A DNA stretch of 62,784 bases, counting the filler, from Rhabdomonas costata (lineage: Eukaryota): assembly GCA_019059605.1 (NCBI GenBank). It is 35 parts of 35 records of this genome, joined end to end, with 100 filler letters (N's around TTAATTAATTAA, not from the genome) between each part and the next. Parts side by side here need not be neighbours in the genome. Positions count along the whole stretch, not along the records: positions 35,939 to 37,634 come from JAHMHO010010506.1; positions 37,735 to 39,431 come from JAHMHO010010507.1; positions 39,532 to 41,227 come from JAHMHO010010508.1; positions 41,328 to 43,024 come from JAHMHO010010509.1; positions 43,125 to 44,821 come from JAHMHO010010510.1; positions 44,922 to 46,617 come from JAHMHO010010511.1; positions 46,718 to 48,414 come from JAHMHO010010512.1; positions 48,515 to 50,210 come from JAHMHO010010513.1; 27 more parts are not named here. One strand, given 5' to 3'. Both the position numbers and the translations under genes were made by a program. Positions within the stretch are counted from its first letter, which is position 1, and each line of letters begins with the position of its first letter. Of the stretch, positions 37,040-49,980 are shown one piece after another. The notes under the pieces are model-generated. The model saw only the letters and a program-made list of their open reading frames with translations, searched no databases and was not told the origin of the DNA.

Positions 37040-38237
37040 TTTTCCGTCCGTTAGGTTTTGATTCTGAGCAGTGCTGCTTCTCTTTTTCCCTTTCGAATCC
37101 GCGTTCACTAAGCGCCGCGCAGGAGCTGAGCCTCCTGCACACTGGACGCTTGTCTATGCATCTCTTGTACTCAGTGCCACGTGTGACGGTTGTTGCTCTT
37201 CACCACTCTGCCCGGAGAACAGAGGGGTGTGAAAAATATAAGAAGCTTCTTTTACATGCGGTTTGCGTGTATTTGATACCGATTTCTATGTGCCCAGGTT
37301 CAAGAAAAATATTTGCATCTTTGATATCTCAATGTTCGAGCCGTCCCCGTGCATTTGCCCATTCCGGAGGTGATTTCTGGGTTCTCATGGGGTAATGCTC
37401 GCTGGTAGACGGAAATGCAGACGTAAATCCTTCGCTTGCCCTTTTAATACGGGTTTGTATTGCAGTCAAAATGGACGGGGGCGAAAATTAGTTTGAAATG
37501 CACCTTTTTCTTGCATATTTTAGCGTTTTTTTTTTTGCACTTTTTTGCATCGCATTTTTGGTCTCGCCAAATTGCATTTTTCCCAGCCTCACCCAGATAA
37601 CTAGATAAGCTGATTTAGATGACACTGAAAAGAGNNNNNNNNNNNNNNNNNNNNNNNNNNNNNNNNNNNNNNNNNNNNTTAATTAATTAANNNNNNNNNN
37701 NNNNNNNNNNNNNNNNNNNNNNNNNNNNNNNNNNCATTGAAAATTCAAATGAAAATTGTATTTTTGTATACAACTACTATTCGAGTATTTTTTTTGTAAA
37801 AATTCAATTCGCACACTGAGGGATGAGAGGTGAGAGACCAGGAATCCGTAGGAAATTGGAAACGGTGCATTTGGTTGTTTGCAAAAATTCTCCGCATTGC
37901 TCGTGCTTTGTTCTCAAGGGGAAGATTCATGCAGGTTTAACACTTTCTAATTAGTTCTAATTTAACCCATTCTAATTCATTTCCACATATACTTCCAGTG
38001 TTTTGAACTGAGGTTGTTTCCCGCCTGTTTTTACATTTATAGTGGTATCCATTCCATCCTCCCTGAGTCCGTTTTGGGTAGTTAATCACACCCAGTTTTC
38101 CTTTGCTACTTTTGGGGGGTTCACGCCATGCAGAAACGAAGGATAGCAGCATGTCATGTAGATAATCTCCCAGGTCCCGTGGTGCGCCCATACGGCATCG
38201 GATGCCCGCGAAGGATGGCAGATATTTTTTCTCGCAG

Positions 38238-38841
38238 ATTCCTTTGGAAGTACCAGATACCGTGTCCTTCCCGCTTGAAGAAGAAAAAGTACTTCAGTTT
38301 TGGACAGAGAACCAGTGCTTCAAAAAGTCTCTTGAGCAAAGCGAAGGAAGGCCCGTTTACACTTTTTATGGTTTGTTTGCTTTTGTTTCTGTTTTATTTG
38401 GTTCAGTAACAACTCAATAGTCGATCGCGTGGCACTTTTTTGCGGTGGCACACAGACGGGCCTCCTTTTGCCACTGGACTTCCTCACTATGGGCACATTC
38501 TCGCCGGCACAATCAAGGACATTGTAACCCGCTGGGCTCACCAAACTGGGCATCACGTGGAACGTCGGTTCGGTTGGGACTGTCACGGGCTTCCTATTGA
38601 ATTTGAAATCGAAAAGGTATCCTGTTTCACTGAGACGCTTCCTGCAATTTTGGTCTTCGTTTTTTTTTCGTTCTGTTTGTTTTTGTTTGTATTGACCCAG
38701 GTGCTGGGCATCAAAACCAAGGAGGAAGTGGTCAAGTACGGCATCGCGAACTACAATGCTGCTTGCAGAGGAATTGTGACTCGGTTTTGCAAGGAGTGGG
38801 AAACCATTGTGGGAAGAACCGGTCGTTGGATTGACTTCCAG
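38238..38841 (+). CDS. IARS1: Cytosolic-type isoleucyl-tRNA synthetase, 5' exons
   Basis: Exons 38238-38370, 38456-38616, 38701-38841: [60 protein letters not shown] (HIGH-like motif HYGH). Confidence 0.96.
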
Positions 38842-40967
38842 GTTTTGTGTGCCTTGCTGTCCAAAACTGTCTGAATCGTCGTTCTCCTCCCCAGAACATG
38901 GGTTTGAACAACAAGCCTGACAGTCTAACACCGTTTTTCCTGGAGGGCATCAATTTCGCACAAAAACCTGATGATCTTTGACTTAGGGACAGCTGTGTCT
39001 GTTTGTTAGTGTTTGTGTATGTTTGTGCGATGTAAAGACAAAAGAAACACACCCGTGAAGCAGAGCGATGATGGAAAGAAAAGAAAAGCTGCCCCTAAGA
39101 CGCGCGCAGCCTGGGTGCTCGCACGGAGGGTCCTATAGCTCTGTTGTCAGACGTGGGGTGCCCGCTCACCAGACAACAGGCCAAGACCCTCCGCCTGCCC
39201 CACGTGTCCCAGGCTTTTGTACACAAACGCGCGAAAGAAACTCTGAGTCCTCCCCAACCGGCGCCCAACACTGGTGCGAGAAACCCTTGTCGGGGTGTGG
39301 AGCCTGCTTTTGGCACGCCCACTCCACTCCACACCATGCAGGGAAGAAGTGCAAAGAACCACCCATCCTGCGGCGACACACGCACAATGCACCCCCGTGC
39401 ACCACTCGGGCGGCCACGAGAACCACCCACCNNNNNNNNNNNNNNNNNNNNNNNNNNNNNNNNNNNNNNNNNNNNTTAATTAATTAANNNNNNNNNNNNN
39501 NNNNNNNNNNNNNNNNNNNNNNNNNNNNNNNGTGTTTCCTGCCTATGTTCCACTTTTGGAGTTGTGCCCTATACTCAAAGCCTGGTTCTTCCAATCCCCC
39601 AATCTAAGCCAGACCCGGTTCAGCCCGTGAACGAGAAAGTGGTTGAGCATTCTCTTGTGGCGGTTTCCTGTCACCATTTGGACCATTCCCCCGAACCGGA
39701 AGTAGTGGGGGCAAATGACCGTAAGACCGCTCCACTCTGTGACATGGAGTAACTGTTTGCCCCCTCACCCGGTTCTTCTGTTGAAGCCACCATTTAAATA
39801 AAATGGCCCCTCATCGCTGCAAGCAAGAACCGCCGAAAACGTGGGTTTCCGGATTTATCCGACAACTATGGACAGACTCGCAGCCCCTTGGTGTTGGCGA
39901 TGCAATCGGTGTCTCAGTTGCCACTGGTATTGGAAGGTCCGCGACGCGGTCAGAGCGGCGGCTAGGGTGGGCACGTGACGTGGGGGGACTTTTATCGACT
40001 TAAGTATGCTCCCATAGAAAAGATTGTCACCAGGTAACCTATTTCCGGGGTACCAATCACAAGTGGAAGCAGTTACCACTTCCCGTCCCCCTCCTAACCT
40101 CCACAGCATCAAGCCCTTGCTTTTGGTTTTTCGGCTTCGTTTTGGTGCACGAGCCTTAATTGCGAGGGTAACCTGGAGAACGTCTGAGGACACAGCGTCC
40201 GAAGCAAACGCTAATGAAATATTAACACGCGAATGAAGATGGATTTGTTTTGTTTGCTTCGTGCCAACCAGGAAAGAGACAGGAAAGAGGAAAGGGAGAG
40301 AGGGTTGAGTTCAGTTCCTTGCAGGTCACTGGTCGACGTGAGGGAAGAGATAGCGGAGGTAACCGGAACAGGCGAGAGAAAGCGTTGTTGCCAGGGTGAG
40401 ACTTGGGCTTGAGACGTGTGCCGACCGGTGGCAGGAACGCGGTTTCACCAATTGCATGGGAAAGAATACCCCCCCACCCCGCTACACCCCTCGCAATTCA
40501 CAATCAGATTGACTGACTGCCGCGCGTGTTCCTGTCCTTCCCATTCGGTTTGCAGCCCTTTCTCAAACAGTACTTCAAGCAAAATGACCTTCCTAGGGAT
40601 GCGCGTGCTGAGCCTGGGGCTTGTGGCGTTACTGCTGGGGACCACGGCGGAGGCTCATCTCCTTCAAGGTTCCTTTCACTGCTGCCCCCCCCCCTCCTCT
40701 TCCCGTCACCATCAGATTTTAATCTTTCTTCTGAAGTGAATGAGACCGCCCGGATTCCGAATTGCGGGTATGGCCTCCAACCCCTGCTCCCACGCGAAAT
40801 AGGGCGGTATACGCTATAACAGTGTTATACGGTATAACGCCGGTATATGGTAAAAAAAGGTTATACAACAAAGGACGAAACTCAACCACGGGGTCCCGGC
40901 CCATCTAGGCACCAGTTTAGGTGCTTGGTTTGACGTGTATCCCAGGTAGTGTTGAAATCTATCTTGA

Positions 40968-41222
40968 GGCAACGTCTCCGCCTGGGCCGCGCGCTCCGGT
41001 CGCGCCCCGGGCTCGCTTCCGCTCCTAAACGAATCCTGCCATTTTTGTTTGCTATAGCCCAGCAAGGAATGAGTTCCTCTCACCAACGGACAAACATGAA
41101 AGACAAGGGAATGGCAACGTCTCCACCTGGGCCGCGCGCTCCGGTCGCGCCCCGGGCTCGCTTCCGCTCCTAAACGAATCCTGCCATTTTTGTTTGCTAT
41201 AGCCCAGCAAGGAATGAGTTCC
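40968..41222 (+). repeat. Tandem repeat, 145-bp period (110-bp match with one mismatch)
   Basis: 40968-41077 versus 41113-41222, truncated by the contig end. Confidence 0.9.
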
Positions 41223-42381
41223 CCACANNNNNNNNNNNNNNNNNNNNNNNNNNNNNNNNNNNNNNNNNNNNTTAATTAATTAANNNNNNNNNNNNNNNNN
41301 NNNNNNNNNNNNNNNNNNNNNNNNNNNGTGGGTGTTGGGTGGAGTTGTGAGGGACATAAGACTTTGATGTCTCATGTCCCGTTCTCATTCGTTTGGTACC
41401 TTTTAGATCCTTTCACCCTCACCGGCTCCCCAGAAGCCAGGTCTGGGACACATTGGCTACATCTTGACCTATAGTTTGGAATTGCAGATTCAGGTTTCAG
41501 TATTTCTCCTTTTCATGCTGTGGTAATTGCTGCCAAACCTCACTCAAATACGCAAAGAAGATTTGCTTTACATTTTTTTGCAGTCCGGTGCTGCCGTTTT
41601 CGTTTCCTTCAACGGTTTTAAATCTCCCAGGTACGTCCTCTTTTCGTTCGGATTTCATTGCACGTACCTACTTTCCAAGTGTCTGGGTTTCTTCGCCTTC
41701 CTCTGCGAGGTGGGGCTTGAGAAAGCAAAGCCATGTCGAAGGCGACGGTCCTTGCCCTGCGCTGCACGGGCATTGCCGGACTTGGCGCCATCGGCTTTGT
41801 CGGTGTGTTTGTGCTTCTCCACCCAGGGTTGAATCCGTCCCGCCAAAATACGGTTGAGTAGCTCACTGGACGCGGTCTGTCCGCTCGTTGTTTACCTTCA
41901 CTGCTGTTTCGTTATTCCTCGTTTCAGGTTGGATGGATACACTTCATTCGCAGGAGCAGAACAAAAAAAGAGTTGATGCAACTGGAAATGGCTAGGGGTG
42001 TATATTTTTCTGTCAGCCACATTTAGATCGCTGCTTCCCCTCTGGGGTTTAAACCGAAGCACAGGAAACGGCTGCGTGCTGATCCATGCACCCCATGCCA
42101 GGCTATGTTTACAGAGTTCGAGAGAGCTGAGCTTGGAACCCGTTAAGCCGATTTCCGATTTGAGGATTCATTGAGAAATCGTCGAGTTGAAGCCCTTCTC
42201 ATAAAAAGTTTGGATGGGTCGTGGGCTGGCGCAAAGGAATGCGCTGCCTGAGGGAGCCGCACACAGAACATGGCCCAGCCTTATTTCAGCCACAACCGCG
42301 CGTATGCCTTGCCCGCATCCACACCCCAGACACCAGTCCATGTGTGTATGTGTGTGTTTTGGTGGGTTGTTTGGTTCTCAG

Positions 42382-42737
42382 GGGTGTACTGCCTGATCAA
42401 GTGCGGGGAAAACGACATGAAGACGGTGATGATGCTGGTTTGGCTGCCCGTCTTTGCTGTGATCGGCATGCTTACCGAGCTGGGGTGGTCCGGGGCCCTG
42501 GCGAAGTTTGGGTTCATGCGGTCGTGGGTGGTAAAGGGGATCCTGTACATCTTCCTGGGCACCATCGCGATCGGAAACCAGGTTTACGGGTGGGTTGTCG
42601 GGGTCTTCATGATCGCCTTTGGGGTGGTACTGCTGCTGCTGAATTTCAAGTTCCCGCACTTCCTGGATGACGGGGAGGGCGACACAGCGGGCACCCCCAC
42701 TCCGGCGGCGGCCGCCACGGCTGCCAGCGGCAGGACG
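42382..42737 (+). CDS. COPI-associated / TVP15-like small multi-pass Golgi membrane protein, exon
   Basis: Hydrophobic helices with E...FGFMRSWVVKGILYIFLG, matching the family FGF-x2-W-x-G[RK]G-x2-YIF-x-G pattern. Confidence 0.65.
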
Positions 42738-43520
42738 GTACTGCTTTTTATTGGCCCCTCCTGCCTGTCGTGAACTGTGCTGAACGTACTGTTTAGACGA
42801 CCTATGAAATATTCTGACCCACCAACCTGATGCAGGGGGGGAGGGGTTCGTTCAATCGCAAACTCCTGCCGTCCTCGTCATGTCCAGTCATTGCACCAGG
42901 TTTAAATGCGCTTCTTATATGCAACATGACAAACTCAAAATAGAAGTATTTTTTCGATCTCACCACGGTTCAGCGAAAGGACCAGGTAAAACAGCAAACA
43001 ACATGCACGGAACAAAAAACCCAANNNNNNNNNNNNNNNNNNNNNNNNNNNNNNNNNNNNNNNNNNNNTTAATTAATTAANNNNNNNNNNNNNNNNNNNN
43101 NNNNNNNNNNNNNNNNNNNNNNNNGTTGTTGTTTCGCCTGTTGTCATATGCTTAGAACTCGGCCGTGCTGCGCTTCTTTGCTCCAAATTTCTTTGCGTCA
43201 CTAATGGAAGAAGGACTTGCGACAAAAAAGCGCAGCACGGCCGAGTTCTAAGCATATGACAACAGGCGAAATTACAATCTGAACTCAACCAAATTCTAAG
43301 CTACAGATAGAAGATAAAGGACAGGTGAAATGAATAAAAAGAAATCAACCAACACATTGTATGGGGCGGTTTGGCGATAAGAGTATGATACAGCATCGAT
43401 ACGGCTTTCACGGAAACAACGCGCCTACACGACTGTGTGCTGGTTGACGTTCTCTTGAAACAATGGTTCACGTGCGCTGAAAAATCTATCTTTGACGAGG
43501 ACTCTGCCACGCAAACACAC

Positions 43521-44613
43521 TTCACGACATCGGGTTCACTCGTGAACGCCAGCACGACGTAATCCCTCAGCAGCACAATGACGCCCATCACTGCCGCAGC
43601 CATCGCCGTGCCGATCTGCGTACCCGGAACCCACAACAAGCATCCATATGCAGGGGGGTGGGGGTTAAGGGATTTGGAGGATTTCACACCCAATAAATCG
43701 TCAAACCATTCCTCTTTTTTCGTTTGGCAATATGAATATAGGCCAGCATGCAGAAAGCAACTGTCGCTGCTTCGATACAAACCATCTTGATATCATTCCT
43801 GCAACCCGATGTGAAAGACAAAAGCTTTTACATGAGTTGTTTTGTTACGTGAGTTTTTTTCAAAGGACCCCTCTTCCAACCCTCCTCAAACGACGACTAC
43901 AGAGGGGTTGTACGTCTGCCAAAAATACCCGCTAGGCCGGTTTTGGTCACAACACCGCCATGGCCACCGTCAAACCGTCAAACCCAAATGCACTGGAATA
44001 CCCCTCTCACCCCCTTCTCCATTCTAGTGTCCCTCCAAGCGCGCAAACGGTCAAACCGCGAACGCGTACAGCCCGGTTTGCTTGGCCTCCACTGGACGGC
44101 CCTCGCCCAGCTGTTGCCCCACAAGCACATTGGTGGCAATGCTGAACCCCCAGAAGAAGTTGTACACCGTGACGTCCAGCAGAATTAGCACCCCATGCGT
44201 CGCCAGCGCCATCGTGCCCATGGTGCCCACCACGAGGCTTATCACCTTGGCAAAGGGGCGGGGGAGGACTCGTCATGGAGGGGCGGTAAAGAGTCAGCTC
44301 GCGCTCCTCCTCCACAGTCCAAAGGTCAAAGGTTTTCTTTCACAAGCGAACTCAAAGATCCGGGTGCGCAGAGAATCTCTTCCCCACGCCTGGCGAGGTC
44401 ATCCGCGGTCCAAGGTCCAAGGGGAGCACAAGTGCGGTGGATAACTCTCAAGTGCGGGGGCACACTTATCATCCGAGGATGACAATAAACGCGCAAAGGA
44501 AATGCGAGAAAAAGAACACAAGACACACAGTACGCGGTTCAAAGGAAACCGACCTCCATGGAAACCCAGTCCATGCTCGTCATGAAGACCCCGGGGATGC
44601 CATAGGAGAGGTA
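43521..44613 (-). CDS. MATE family efflux transporter, internal exons
   Basis: Exons 44613-44554, 44245-44057, 43615-43521: YGIPGVFMTSMDWVSMEVISLVVG..ALATH..GFSIATNVLVGQQLGEGRP..AFTSEPDVV. Confidence 0.88.
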
Positions 44614-45159
44614 CTGCGAAACCGCACACAAGCACGTTCACAACCGAAACGATTTAGTCCGTGTTCACTTCCCGAGATGATGTGTACTGCAATTTGCTCG
44701 TTTCAATGTTCTTTGCATAAACTGTTGTCTTCTCTTTCCATCAAAACTGCAAACACTGCTGTGACTGTCAGTTTTGGAAACAAAATAATCAACACAGACA
44801 CATCCGGTGTGCCAACAAACANNNNNNNNNNNNNNNNNNNNNNNNNNNNNNNNNNNNNNNNNNNNTTAATTAATTAANNNNNNNNNNNNNNNNNNNNNNN
44901 NNNNNNNNNNNNNNNNNNNNNGTGGGTGTGGAAAGATATATTTTTGTGTTAACGTCTGGATATGGCCCAACAGCTGCGCAGGTCCAACCTAACCCGCTGA
45001 AGAAATGTGCTGGGCTGGAAGTGACACGTTGGGTAGGAAGCATACATGATACTTGAACAACGGGCACACATACATACACAGGCTTTGTTTCGAACAGTGG
45101 CTGAACCCCATTTTTCAGCGAATTCAGTGTGTGTGGGGTAGGAGAAGGAAAAACACCAC

Positions 45160-46471
45160 CCCTCTTGGGCCACGACGCAGCGGCGAGAGTTCAGCAGGCG
45201 CCGGTAAATGGGCTTTTCCATCAAAGACTCCGCCCTGAGGTGTAGAAAGGGCACACTTGCAATGCCAACCCTTCAAAAAGATAACTGCACTCGCGCGGAA
45301 ACACATCAAAATTTTAATCTTCAACGTATGCTCTCGGAGTCGCCGCAAAAATTCATAACCATTCCAAGATAACCCCCACAGCTGCCGTCGCCACACGCAC
45401 GCACCTGGCGTTATTCAGGGAAGCCTTCACAGGGCCAAAGGAAGGCACCAGCCCCCACTGCATCATCTGCACCACCGCATCTGTCCACGCAAACGCAGGC
45501 AGGAGCAGGGTTAGAGTGTAACAACCCTTGCACGAGCCAGCAGGGGCCCACTCTATTTGCAGTACCGATCTGCTTCCGATTTGCTTCCGTAATGTTTTTC
45601 TCTGCCGGAATTTTGCTGCTTTCCTAAAATTTTTAAAAGCGAAGAAAGGCGTTTGAAGAGCATATCCTGCATACGGAACATATCACCTTTGTTCATTTTG
45701 TGAATAGTCCAAGAGCGAGTCAAAGCGAGTAAAAATTCGAGGATGTCACACAGGCGCGCACATCTATCTTTGGGGGGGACAGGGAGAAAACCTCCGGTGG
45801 CGCGATCACCCTGGCAGTCGTAGGAAAGCACAGGCAGAAAACTGCCAGGAGGAGTCTAAAGCAAGCAGCAAACCCTCGAACCGGAACCCTACAACTACAG
45901 AACAGCACATGTATATATAATACAAAATACACTCCGAGCAAAAAAACGAAGCATGCACATGACCCTTTGCACGATTGCTGTCGTGTGCAGGTTTTTGCGC
46001 TTCGCGTGCGCGGTTCAGTGGAACGAAAGCAACCACCACAGAAAAAAGGATGAACGAGAATACCGCAAAAATGAGGAACAAATTAAATCGAAGGAAAGTG
46101 GTGCATTCACACGTTGTACGAAGGCTGATAGCGATCCTTGTCGTTCCATTCACAGTTTCGGCCCGCGATCCCAGAGATAGTCTTGAAGTAGGTGTCCGCA
46201 CACAGAGAGCATGCCGTTCGGCCTGAGCGTCACCAATCCCAATCTCGAGGTGAGTGTGTGTGCGTGTGTGTTGAGTGCATACGACGGTTGCTGATGCGGC
46301 TTTGTCGACGAGAGAGAGAGTACGTGCGTGTGGCAGTGCTTCAGTTGGCAACTAGAACCCCATTCCATCCCTTTGATCATCGATTGCGGTATAAGCGGCA
46401 TGTCATTCGGGATTTCCGAAAAGCTCCAACAAACCAGAGTGACTGAACGTGCATACACACATACCGCACAT
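45160..46471 (-). CDS. HMCES: SRAP-domain abasic-site processing protein (HMCES/YedK), 5' exons
   Basis: 7-nt first coding exon ATGTGCG (46471-46465) plus exon 46222-~46113 gives MCGRTACSL...WNDKDRYQPSYN. Exons 45480-45405 (MQWGLVPSF..NNAR) and 45234-45160 (AESLMEKPIYRRLLNSRRCVVAQEG) follow. One linking exon is unresolved. Confidence 0.9.
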
Positions 46472-47519
46472 CTCAAGGGTAATTATCTCGAAGTCATTGT
46501 ACAAAGATGCTGAATCACAGCGAAAACAATAAAAAGAAGCAGAGCGCTATATCACCACGGCACTTCGCAAAAACGACCGCAGAGTGCTCGCACATCACAA
46601 ATCCACCAACCCACCCCNNNNNNNNNNNNNNNNNNNNNNNNNNNNNNNNNNNNNNNNNNNNTTAATTAATTAANNNNNNNNNNNNNNNNNNNNNNNNNNN
46701 NNNNNNNNNNNNNNNNNGGGGTTGTTTATCATTGTCTCTAAACTTTTTCCCTTAGCCCCTGCCTGGCTTCTGCTTCTGCGCAGCGTGTTGCCGGCTCTTC
46801 AAAGCGAGCCGTCTTCGTCTTTATCTTTCTCGCTCACTCGATCCGTTGTTGCCGCTCTGGAATACGAGCCTTCGCAGGGTTCATTGGGTGAACCTTGCAG
46901 GGTTGTTGTGATGGTTGTGGGGCCCTGCGCCCCATTCACCGCGTCCCTTCCCCGCCTCCTCCCTTGGGCTGTGTGTACACGTGTGCTAAGTGATTGTTCA
47001 TGTGTGGTGCTGCCTGTCTGTCTGCCTCTTCTGTTTTGTCAGCCTGTGAGCTGATGGCAGTGGTCGCTGGTGGGTACCTGGGGCCCTACCTGCCCAACTG
47101 TGATGAACCGCACCGTGTTTTGCATTGGCTACTGCTTTTGCCGAGCACGGATTTCCAGAACGAATGGTTATGCCGTGAAATCCAGAGGGGGGGGTCCTGG
47201 GTCCTTCCTACGCAGCCATTTCGTTTTCTCCACTCAAAGGGAAGCCACACCCCCATTTTTTCGAAGAAAACGTGAAGCAGAGCTGCATATTTCGGTTGCT
47301 TTTGACAGACTTCTGACTCGAAATCGAAATCTAATTACTCCGCGCATCTAGCCCATCCACCTTTGCGGATGCCCTCGCCCAAATCAGCCGCCTTTATCAC
47401 AGGCCTATCTGCTCACACCGATGGCCTCAGTTCACAGGCTTTCATAGCTTTGCTTCGCTGTTCGGGCGTCCTCTTGGCGCGTTTCCTTGTTCCCAGTCAT
47501 TCTTCTTTGCGGTTTTCGA

Positions 47520-47910
47520 GGTGCCTCCGGCTCTGCTCCAGAGCACCTTCCTTCCGAGGCCTCCCAGCCGCAGAAGCCGGAGCAGAAGGGCAGGGAGGAA
47601 GGCGGGGGAGCTGAGTGTGCGTGGATGGGCCCCGAGACAACCCTAATGATCGTTCCAGCTGCAATGAACGCCGCTGCCAGCCAAAGCAGCCGGCGGCCCA
47701 TCGGCCCTTCACTGGGCCTACTTCCCAGTGTTTCCTTTTTGGGGATGCTTCTGGTGCAGAAACTGTGCTGGCGGATGCCCGCAGGGTTTCCGTTTCCGGT
47801 GGCGATGCTGGCTCTTCAACTTCTGGTCGTGCTTTTGATTGCCGCAGTGTGGAGCAGCCGGCGCGGCGGGAGCAAGAGCTGCGGTGGTCGAGGGCAGCTG
47901 CAGGCTACTG
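47520..47910 (+). CDS. Possible nucleotide-sugar/triose-phosphate transporter (SLC35-like) N-terminal exon
   Basis: Two hydrophobic segments around K....GFPFPVAMLALQ; motif match only. Confidence 0.3.
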
Positions 47911-48612
47911 CAGGGCATTTCCGGAGGGTCGGTGCTACCCCGGCAGACGCAAAAGATAGACAGAGTCCTGCTCCACCGGGGGCCGGTGAAAATTAATGGG
48001 TAAAGATGTATAAGGGCAGTTTTTGGGTGAAGCGGACTCGAAGGGTTGCTCTTTTCGCCTCAAAACTGTGAACTGTCAAGAAGCGGGGAGCATTTCGGCT
48101 AACATAAGGTGGAAAACACGCAGCCTATTTTTCCACCTGTTATTTTGCGGTGGTGCTGTGGTTTCGCTTTGGGTTACGCTGCCTTAGCAAAAGTCGCTTA
48201 AAATTGTGAATCCAGAGCTTCTGATTGGTGAAGTGATGGTGTTCAGTTGGAGTGGGGGAAGGGGGGCGGGTTACGTGCACCCCAAATCAAGCCTCTGCTC
48301 ACCCGCTTCTCACCCACATCCATTTTAGAATTTCACCAACTGTGTCCCCTTGGATATTGAAGAAGTGGTGCAAACAAACACTCACACTTGGTTCAGTTCC
48401 AGCCCCACCCAACANNNNNNNNNNNNNNNNNNNNNNNNNNNNNNNNNNNNNNNNNNNNTTAATTAATTAANNNNNNNNNNNNNNNNNNNNNNNNNNNNNN
48501 NNNNNNNNNNNNNNGGGCGTTTGTTCTGGACTCCTGTTCTTTCATTTTCCTTTGGCTACGGGAAAAGGGTGGGAGGCGCTCCGCGCCCGCCACCTCAGAG
48601 GGTTTGACATAG

Positions 48613-49980
48613 TGGTGTGGCTGAGGAGCGGCGCAGCTGGGACAAGGCGGAGTTCGCCGCTAAAGCGAAGACTCGTCTGAAGGACGCCTACGATGAGCTC
48701 CGCAAGCCCACCAAGTCCGGGGGCTTCCGAGGTCTGATATGAGGACGGAGCTTTATTAATGAAAACGACAGGAAAGCGAACTAAGAGGGTGGACAAGTCT
48801 AATGTGTGTAGAACCCAAACCACACTGCATCCTCAGGGGTCGGCACCCTCCCACGCCAAATTGGACCGAGGGGGCCTGTTTCGAACACCCGGCACTTTTG
48901 AGGGCACGACGACCAAAGTATTTTGTCACCACGCCCCTGGAATTGCCCATGTGTTTGTGTTTAAATGACTGTCACTGGCTCTACATGAGCTGACGGACAG
49001 TGTGACGTTGGGGACCATAATTCAGGTTCTTGCATATCTACCTCGTGTCTCTCGGTAGCATTTGATGTGGAGTGTCACAGATATCATCATTTTCATGCAT
49101 TTTCATAAGTTTCATGACCCCTGAAATGGATTTTAACTTTTGCGTTGTTTTTGAAAGCAGCCGTTAGTCTTGTGCCCTCCTCAAAAGGCGGCAGTCATCA
49201 GCTGCTACCTGTTATATGTCGCCATTATCCGTTATCCTGAGGCTGTTTTCTGGGTCGTTAGCCGCCCGGCAACGTCCATGCCTTCTTGGGGTCGCACAGA
49301 CCGCCAGCCCCGGGAGCCCCTTCCTCCTTCCCGGGCCTTCTTGAAGGGCCGCGACTACACCTTGAACATGGAGGAGAAGTACGGCAAGACCCAGGTCGTC
49401 ACGGCCAACCTCCCTGCCGCTCAACAGGCCGGGTATTGTCATTGCACGGCTTCCCGTGGTCGTCGTTTTTCGACTTTTCAAAGTGGTCAGGCAACTATTT
49501 GCTTCCCTGCATTCCTTTCTGGCCAAAAATGTTTTAGTTCATGTCCCTGCACGAACCTGAGCAGCATTTTTGTAGATGCGAAGGCCAGCGCCCCGGCGGT
49601 CGGGGCGCAGGGGCGCTGGGGGGGCGCTGTGGCGGGAACATGAGGCCTTGACTTTTACCTTTTAAAACATGGGCCAGAGCAAAAAAAAATTGTTTCCGCT
49701 TGAAACTATTCTGTATCCCCCTCTCCCAACCTCCCAACCCTGTTACGTGCTGACCAAATAATCGCTTCCTGATTTGCTTACTCAAAATCGTTATGGACAT
49801 ACCGCCAAATTCCAGCTCACACGTACTCACTCAACGCACACTCATGCGCGCGCACACACGGTCGATATTGTGCTCGACGTGTTCACCCCGCCCCATCCAC
49901 TGAAAGGTTTTACTGCAAGGTCTGCGACTGCGTCGTGAAGGACTCCGCGAACTACCTGGACCACATCAACGGGAAGAAAC
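48613..49980 (+). CDS. ZMAT2: Spliceosomal matrin-type zinc finger protein (Snu23/ZMAT2)
   Basis: Exons 48613-48731, 49300-49432, 49907-49980: [57 protein letters not shown]. Confidence 0.93.
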
